Source: Gammaproteobacteria bacterium
Lineage (GTDB): Bacteria > Pseudomonadota > Gammaproteobacteria > Eutrophobiales > Eutrophobiaceae
Length of the DNA stretch: 64,000 bases
Assembly: GCA_965215365.1 (NCBI GenBank)
Contig: CBDCDS010000003.1
Location: forward strand, 1,216,001-1,280,000
Reading direction: 5' to 3'
The notes below the pieces were generated by a model, which was given only the letters and a program-made list of their open reading frames with translations, had not been told where the DNA came from and ran no database searches. This document shows positions 58,562 to 64,000 of this stretch, in pieces (position 1 is the first letter of the stretch; each line of letters begins with the position of its first letter). Made by a program: the position numbers and the translations under genes.

Positions 58562-58972
58562 TTATCCGGCAGGGTTTTCCAAATTTTCCTTTGCAGCAGC
58601 TTTGGCAAGCGCATTATCAAAGGTAGCCAATCTTGCACGGTTGCGTAGCGCTGTTTCCAGATAGCTGGCATCGTATACGCTCAGGTTATGTCGCTCTGCC
58701 AGGTCAAGTACCATTGCTCCATCGTGGCCGGTATCCACGGAGGGTGAGAATTCGTCCCTGAGTCGGTTTAAACAAATCTCAAAAATTTTCTGTTCTATAC
58801 GTTTGGCTCGTTTTGCTCTCAGCAGGACATTGCGAATTTCATACCAGAATATGTGCGGCACGATAACATCTTCGCTATCTGGTAGTTCCATTATTATCCG
58901 AGCGGAATCACTATGCTCTTCATCGCGTAATAACTGGGCTATCATCACCGAAGCGTCAATCACTATAGCCAT
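58562..58972 (-). CDS. vapC: VapC PIN-domain toxin
   Basis: VIDAS, YEIRN, LSVYDASYL..A, LATFD..L..AA: all four PIN acidic residues present. Confidence 0.9.
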   Translation of the reverse strand: MAIVIDASVMIAQLLRDEEHSDSARIIMELPDSEDVIVPHIFWYEIRNVLLRAKRAKRIEQKIFEICLNRLRDEFSPSVDTGHDGAMVLDLAERHNLSVYDASYLETALRNRARLATFDNALAKAAAKENLENPAG

Positions 58973-61821
58973 CAGCGACGCCCCTCCTCTTTCCAACGTC
59001 GAATCTCTTCTTGAGTCACCGGTTTCATGGATGCTTTCAGTTCACTTGAAGCTTTGAGGGCTCTTCTCAGGATGAAGGCGCGGAAAGTTTTATATTCGTC
59101 GGTAAATTCGGATTGGTTGATGCGCGTGTACCTCCAGGTATCACCTGTGGTCTTACTTACACATTCGCACCAGTCCTGCGCCGCGGCGTCTTTTTGCTCA
59201 GTGCCTGTCCATACACGGCCTTTGGTTTCGATAATCCAGTTGACTTCTCTGCTGCGAGTTTTTTGAACAGCCACCCAGTCGGGGAAATAAAAACCAATAG
59301 CGCCGCTGGGTTTCAGGTAGTCAATACGAAACTGTGTGCCGGATGTGCCTTGTTCGGTGGAACCCAGCGCCGCGAAGCGCAGTATATCTTCGGCCTTATC
59401 CAGGAATTCTGCAAACTGCCGTTCGAATGCGTTGTAAGTAGCCACGTAGTTGAAAATAGTCTTGTTTGCTGTGAGTGGTGGAAGATTGCGACGCCAGGGA
59501 AAGGATTTTATTGTTGACAAACAAAAATCTTCTTTTTCAAATTCTATTTCCCGGCGTTCGGTCACAAGATCGGCAATATTACGCGCCAGGTATTTTGCGA
59601 TTCCTTCCTGTATATCAAGCCGCGCCAGATATGATCCCACCCTTTCATCTTCCAAGTCCACCGGGATACCAAAACATCGTTGTGAGATATATTCCTCCAC
59701 GATGGGATACAGTTCCGCAAAGCGGCTGGGCAATTTCGCCTGATCTATCACTTTGTTGGTAATTTTTGCCAACGATTCTCCTGCCAGCGGAACGACACCG
59801 GCTGCCATATCAGCCTGGTGTATTTCGGTATTGGTGGGAGCGAATTCCATCTTAAGCCGAATACTGAGTCTCTCATCCAGATCTTCTTGATTATGAATCG
59901 CCCCCAGCGTATTAACTTTTAGTGCCTTCAATTTGCGCACTTCGTGTTTCAGTCTCGGTTTGGTGATTGGCAGAGCAACATCATACTGTTGCTTTTCCTT
60001 GATAGGCTCTATGGTAACAGGGTGCGGGGGGGCTATGCTCGTTTCCACTACCCCGACGCCCTCAGCTTCCAGTTGCTCGCGTAACACCTTCAGCAGGTTG
60101 CGCGTGCCCAGTACTTCAAGTGTCTGAGCCCGGTCCGGACCGACCTGGGTCATCAGGCGCAGCCCCCGTCCAATCACTTGTTCCGGCAGTATTTCAGATT
60201 TGGCGGTAAAAGGTCGCAGCCCCAGCACAATGCTCACGTTGCGCACATCCCAACCCTCACGCAACATCATCACGCTGACGATAACCTTAATCGTGCTTTG
60301 TGCGCTGTCAATATCTCTGGCAGCCTGACGGGCTGTTTCAAGGTCTTTTTTGGTAATTTCCCCGCTGCGATCGGTGTGGATAACGAGCACTTCAGATTGC
60401 TTGAAGCCAAACTCCTTGTTTTCCGAGAGATATTTACCTATGGCATCGGCATGGGCGTTGTTCTCCGCCATGACGAACAACACGGGTTTGGTATCCAGCC
60501 TGCGGTACACCTTCCAGTGTTCTTTCCAGCGCTGCACTGCCGCATGTAGCCAGTACGAGAATTTTTCGCACACGTTTTCTTTGGTGATGCCGTCGGGGTC
60601 TTCAGTCGGGCGCTGTGGGTCAGCTTCTTGGGTCACAATCAAGGGCGCTTTGACAATACGGTCTTCCACTGCCTGTGCGAGGGGATAATCACAGACTGTC
60701 CAGGGGTAATACATGCCATTTTGATCCTTGGGGGTGGCGGAGAAATCGAGCCAGACATTAAGACCCCTGGGCAAAGCGCTGTGGATAGCCAGTAATGAAC
60801 TGGTCCAAGCTAGGTCGCTACGATGAACGTGATGTGCTTCATCATTGATGACTATCAGATCTTGCAGCGACTTAAGACGCCGCAGCATTGATCGCTGCCC
60901 TGAAGCAGCGAGGTCTTTGTTGGGTTTTTTGCCTAGCAATGCTTCGATAGCACTGCCTGGTGTCCACTCCTGTTCGCGGGATTCATGCAGTTGGTGGATA
61001 TTGGTCAGGAACAGGTTGTCAGCAAGGTCGGGTTCGTTGGTCTCTTCGCGCAGGATCACCTTTTGTGAAAAGGCCCCCTTCCACTCGGTGGGAATCAGCG
61101 GCAGTTGGTGGAAGATACGGTTGTTGGCAAAGTCTTTTTCCAAGCGCTGATACACGATCACATTCGGTGCCACGATCAAAAAGTTACTTGACAGATCTGA
61201 ACCGGCAACAAGTTGCTTGTGCAGGCGCGCCCAGACAATGAACATTGCCATTACCCAGGTTTTGCCTGAACCGGTGGCCTGCTTGAAAGCAAAGCGGCGT
61301 AGGGTTTCGGGGGGCAATTCCTGTACTCCCTCGTTATCCAATTCCGGCACGTAGCGGTGCAAACGCAGTTGACCATCCATAGTCGTATCAAAGCGGAAAT
61401 TGTCTGTAAACAGGTTTGTTTTGTATTGGGTAGCGTGCTGCTCAATGAGTTTCCGGGTAGTGCGCACACCGGCAATCTCAATCAACCAGACTACGGTTTC
61501 AACTGCTTCGCGCTGACAGAAGTGGAAACGGAAGGGCGGGTCGAAATCAGGAACAATGTGTTCTTCCTCAAACCAGTACTGAAACAGGCGTTTTGTTACA
61601 GGCGAGGCGCCGTCATAACCCCCATCCCGCCACACATCAACTGCCTGCCGGATTTTTGGAACCAGCAGCAAGCTGCTTTCCCTGCGCCCGGCAGCTTCGC
61701 GCCAACCATTTGATGCTTTGTCGTCCTTGATCAGGTGAAAAGCAGGTCTCTCCCATGGTCGCCGGCTGGCAATGGCCGGCAGATCTTTATCATAATTGAC
61801 CAGAGAACGGACCATGATCAA
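58972..61821 (-). CDS. Type III restriction endonuclease (Res) with antitoxin-like C-terminal tail
   Basis: ATGSGKT, DEAHH, SATP, EGWD, EQVIGRGLR, nuclease PDW..IETKG; tail ..PVTQEEIRRWKEEGRR. Confidence 0.9.
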   Translation of the reverse strand: MIMVRSLVNYDKDLPAIASRRPWERPAFHLIKDDKASNGWREAAGRRESSLLLVPKIRQAVDVWRDGGYDGASPVTKRLFQYWFEEEHIVPDFDPPFRFHFCQREAVETVVWLIEIAGVRTTRKLIEQHATQYKTNLFTDNFRFDTTMDGQLRLHRYVPELDNEGVQELPPETLRRFAFKQATGSGKTWVMAMFIVWARLHKQLVAGSDLSSNFLIVAPNVIVYQRLEKDFANNRIFHQLPLIPTEWKGAFSQKVILREETNEPDLADNLFLTNIHQLHESREQEWTPGSAIEALLGKKPNKDLAASGQRSMLRRLKSLQDLIVINDEAHHVHRSDLAWTSSLLAIHSALPRGLNVWLDFSATPKDQNGMYYPWTVCDYPLAQAVEDRIVKAPLIVTQEADPQRPTEDPDGITKENVCEKFSYWLHAAVQRWKEHWKVYRRLDTKPVLFVMAENNAHADAIGKYLSENKEFGFKQSEVLVIHTDRSGEITKKDLETARQAARDIDSAQSTIKVIVSVMMLREGWDVRNVSIVLGLRPFTAKSEILPEQVIGRGLRLMTQVGPDRAQTLEVLGTRNLLKVLREQLEAEGVGVVETSIAPPHPVTIEPIKEKQQYDVALPITKPRLKHEVRKLKALKVNTLGAIHNQEDLDERLSIRLKMEFAPTNTEIHQADMAAGVVPLAGESLAKITNKVIDQAKLPSRFAELYPIVEEYISQRCFGIPVDLEDERVGSYLARLDIQEGIAKYLARNIADLVTERREIEFEKEDFCLSTIKSFPWRRNLPPLTANKTIFNYVATYNAFERQFAEFLDKAEDILRFAALGSTEQGTSGTQFRIDYLKPSGAIGFYFPDWVAVQKTRSREVNWIIETKGRVWTGTEQKDAAAQDWCECVSKTTGDTWRYTRINQSEFTDEYKTFRAFILRRALKASSELKASMKPVTQEEIRRWKEEGRR

Positions 61822-63728
61822 GTGACCATTGCTTCAAATACCTGTGAGGTGTCGTTACCGAAGATATCGATGACCTTGACCAATATTCGGTAGTTTCCCG
61901 CTTCATCATAAGTATGCTTGTCGGAACTGAGCTGCAACGCACGTTCCTTGCGCGTGCGGTAGGCCACCCAGCCCTGCATGAAGGTGTCATTCCTGAAATC
62001 CCAGTCCACCGCCCAATAGTCGATATAATCCGACCACTTTTTGACTTTACTGCGTACCTCATCTGGAATGAGCTCTGAATTGGGGATCTCAAAATCTTCC
62101 AGTCTAACCTGTACCGTGAGTGGTTGTGAGGTTTCCACTGCTGCTTTCAGGTAGGCCAGTTCAAAGAATTGGATATCGCCTTTATCCACGGCTTGTTGCT
62201 CCATTACTTCGCGTGGAATTTGTAACAGCAGCAATTTCACTCCCTGCTTTTTCACTGCCGCCACCACCAGGTCTTGCAAGCCCATTTCCCATTCCCACCC
62301 GAGCAGGTGCAATTCCGTTTGTTTGAGATTGATACATTCCTCCACCGCGACATTGATCTCATCGAATGTCACCGGTGCATCAATCATCCCAATATGGACC
62401 AGAGCCTTATTTTTCTTGCCGTGCAAATGCGCCATACCGGCAACCGGTTGCGCGCCGTAAAGTTTGAGGATGAAAGCCAGGTATTGATAGATTGTCTGTT
62501 CGCTCGGGACGCTGCCAAAAGTTGCTCCCTGCCAGTACTGCCGCTCATACTTGCCGAGGTTCAAAATCTCGAACGGTTTGCAGTTTTCAATACCAAGCAT
62601 TCGCTTGCGGGTAACGTGGATGCCCCAACGACCCAGATCGCAGCCGATCCAGCGTCGGCCAAGTTTTTCTGCTACGGCCAGCGTGGTTCCGGAACCGCAG
62701 AAGAAATCGGCTACCAAGTAATCGGGTTCACTAGAAAGACCAATAATTCGTTCGAGTAATTTTTCAGGTTTTTGTGTGTCATATCCTGTGACCTCTGAGG
62801 TTGTCCCCATTTTATATGCCCGAGGATCAGCATAGGCCTGTTGAATATCTGACCATACTGTAGAGGCAGGAACTCCTTTACTTTCATCAAGATATTGATG
62901 TTCCCAATATCGTTCACCTGTTTGTTTATTGACACGTTGCCTTCTTCGATAGCGTCGCCCTGAATCATCGGTATATTTAAACCAGTCTTTTATATATTTC
63001 TCTGAGTACGGCAGATAAACCAAATTAAATTTGTGTGTTCCATACTTCTTGGAAAATATGAATAAAATATCATGAGCTTTTACGAGTTTGGAACCTGATA
63101 CTCGCCCACCTGAGGGAGAGCCATAGCTCCAAACTACTTCCCCAAGACTGTTGCTTTCATCGAAAATTTCGTCTAGTAAAGGGCGTAAATGATGTCCCAC
63201 ATACCAGTCAAGATGCACATATAACGTCCCTCTTTCACTTAAAAGGTCCCGTATCAACAGGAGTCGTTTATACATCATATCAAACCATGAGTCTCTACCC
63301 TTTCCCCATGTATCCCGGTATGCTTTTTCTTCTATGATGGATTGTTCTTTTTTGACATTTCCATCAGTCTCGCCAATTTCCGTCGTAAATGAAAAATCCG
63401 CGCCCGTAGCAAACGGTGGGTCTATGTAGATCAGATCAATCTTCCCGGCAAACTTCTCCAGCAGCGATCCCATTACCAGCAGGTTGTCGCCCCAAATCAG
63501 CTTATTCCGCCATCCTTCCTCAAAAGTCTCTCCTTCCTTGCCTTCATAAACATCAAAGATAGAGGACTGTATTCCTGTTTTCTGTGCCTCCCTGGTGGCG
63601 CGGCTTTCGTTGACGGTTTCAATTACCTGAAAAGGCAGGCCGACTCGTGGCGTTTCCACCAGCGTGCCATCGTCATTGTATTTCCCCGGCCAGACGAGCT
63701 CGGTTTTTGTTATATCAATTTTTGCCAT
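61818..63728 (-). CDS. Type III R-M methyltransferase (Mod)
   Basis: LIWGDNL, IYIDPPF, TQKPEKLL, DFFCGSGTT (beta order); AT-rich central TRD; ATGA overlap with res. Confidence 0.92.
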   Translation of the reverse strand: MAKIDITKTELVWPGKYNDDGTLVETPRVGLPFQVIETVNESRATREAQKTGIQSSIFDVYEGKEGETFEEGWRNKLIWGDNLLVMGSLLEKFAGKIDLIYIDPPFATGADFSFTTEIGETDGNVKKEQSIIEEKAYRDTWGKGRDSWFDMMYKRLLLIRDLLSERGTLYVHLDWYVGHHLRPLLDEIFDESNSLGEVVWSYGSPSGGRVSGSKLVKAHDILFIFSKKYGTHKFNLVYLPYSEKYIKDWFKYTDDSGRRYRRRQRVNKQTGERYWEHQYLDESKGVPASTVWSDIQQAYADPRAYKMGTTSEVTGYDTQKPEKLLERIIGLSSEPDYLVADFFCGSGTTLAVAEKLGRRWIGCDLGRWGIHVTRKRMLGIENCKPFEILNLGKYERQYWQGATFGSVPSEQTIYQYLAFILKLYGAQPVAGMAHLHGKKNKALVHIGMIDAPVTFDEINVAVEECINLKQTELHLLGWEWEMGLQDLVVAAVKKQGVKLLLLQIPREVMEQQAVDKGDIQFFELAYLKAAVETSQPLTVQVRLEDFEIPNSELIPDEVRSKVKKWSDYIDYWAVDWDFRNDTFMQGWVAYRTRKERALQLSSDKHTYDEAGNYRILVKVIDIFGNDTSQVFEAMVT

Positions 63729-63798
63729 TCTTTATTACTCAGGTAATCACACCCTCTGCACGGCATAGTACGCGCAAATCACATTCCCCGCAAATTGG

Positions 63799-64000
63799 TC
63801 ATAACATGCCCTCCTTGCGGAAGCTGAATACTTCCTGTGAGGCTATGATGAGATGATCAAGGACGCGCAGTTGCACGGTTTCTGCGGCCAGCACGATTGC
63901 ACGCGTGAGCAGTTCGTCCTGCTTACTTGGTTGCGCTCGACCGTTGGGATGGTTGTGGGCCAATACTATGGCCGCCGCTTCCCGTTTCAGGGAGGCCTCT
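63799..64000 (-). CDS. radC: RadC-family JAB domain protein (start beyond window end)
   Basis: Manual translation: AAIVLAHNHPNG...PSKQD..LT...VLDHLII....FSFRKEGML*. Confidence 0.88.
   Translation of the reverse strand, partial: EASLKREAAAIVLAHNHPNGRAQPSKQDELLTRAIVLAAETVQLRVLDHLIIASQEVFSFRKEGML

Noticed and set aside
62750-63400. AT-rich patch in mod as a foreign insertion
   Set aside because: In frame between motifs IV and I, as expected for the variable target-recognition domain.

Overview
Chromosomal window from a GC-rich gammaproteobacterium with methylotrophic capacity (taxon inferred from gene order and protein similarity by eye). Housekeeping blocks: metY-rimP-nusA, adk/mrcB, argD-argF-surE-pcm-nlpD, dnaQ/rnhA/mltD, rpsP-rimM-trmD-rplS-xerD-dsbC, hldE-hldD-waaA, nrdAB and lpdA. 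A ~21-kb C1 region holds a lanthanide-type methanol dehydrogenase (xoxF) followed by a blue-copper cupredoxin gene where xoxG usually lies, then xoxJ, fhcBADC with ferredoxin/FNR, and H4MPT/methylofuran genes. Intergenic DNA is dense with MITE-like repeats, several of which supply start or stop codons to core genes. An IS1634 element is flanked by a 194-bp direct repeat. The right end is a defence island (radC-mod-res-vapC). There the Type III restriction subunit ends in a VapB/Phd-antitoxin-like tail and is translationally coupled to an intact PIN toxin with no separate antitoxin gene, which is the strongest candidate for an undescribed system. All family calls come from motif recognition, not database searches.
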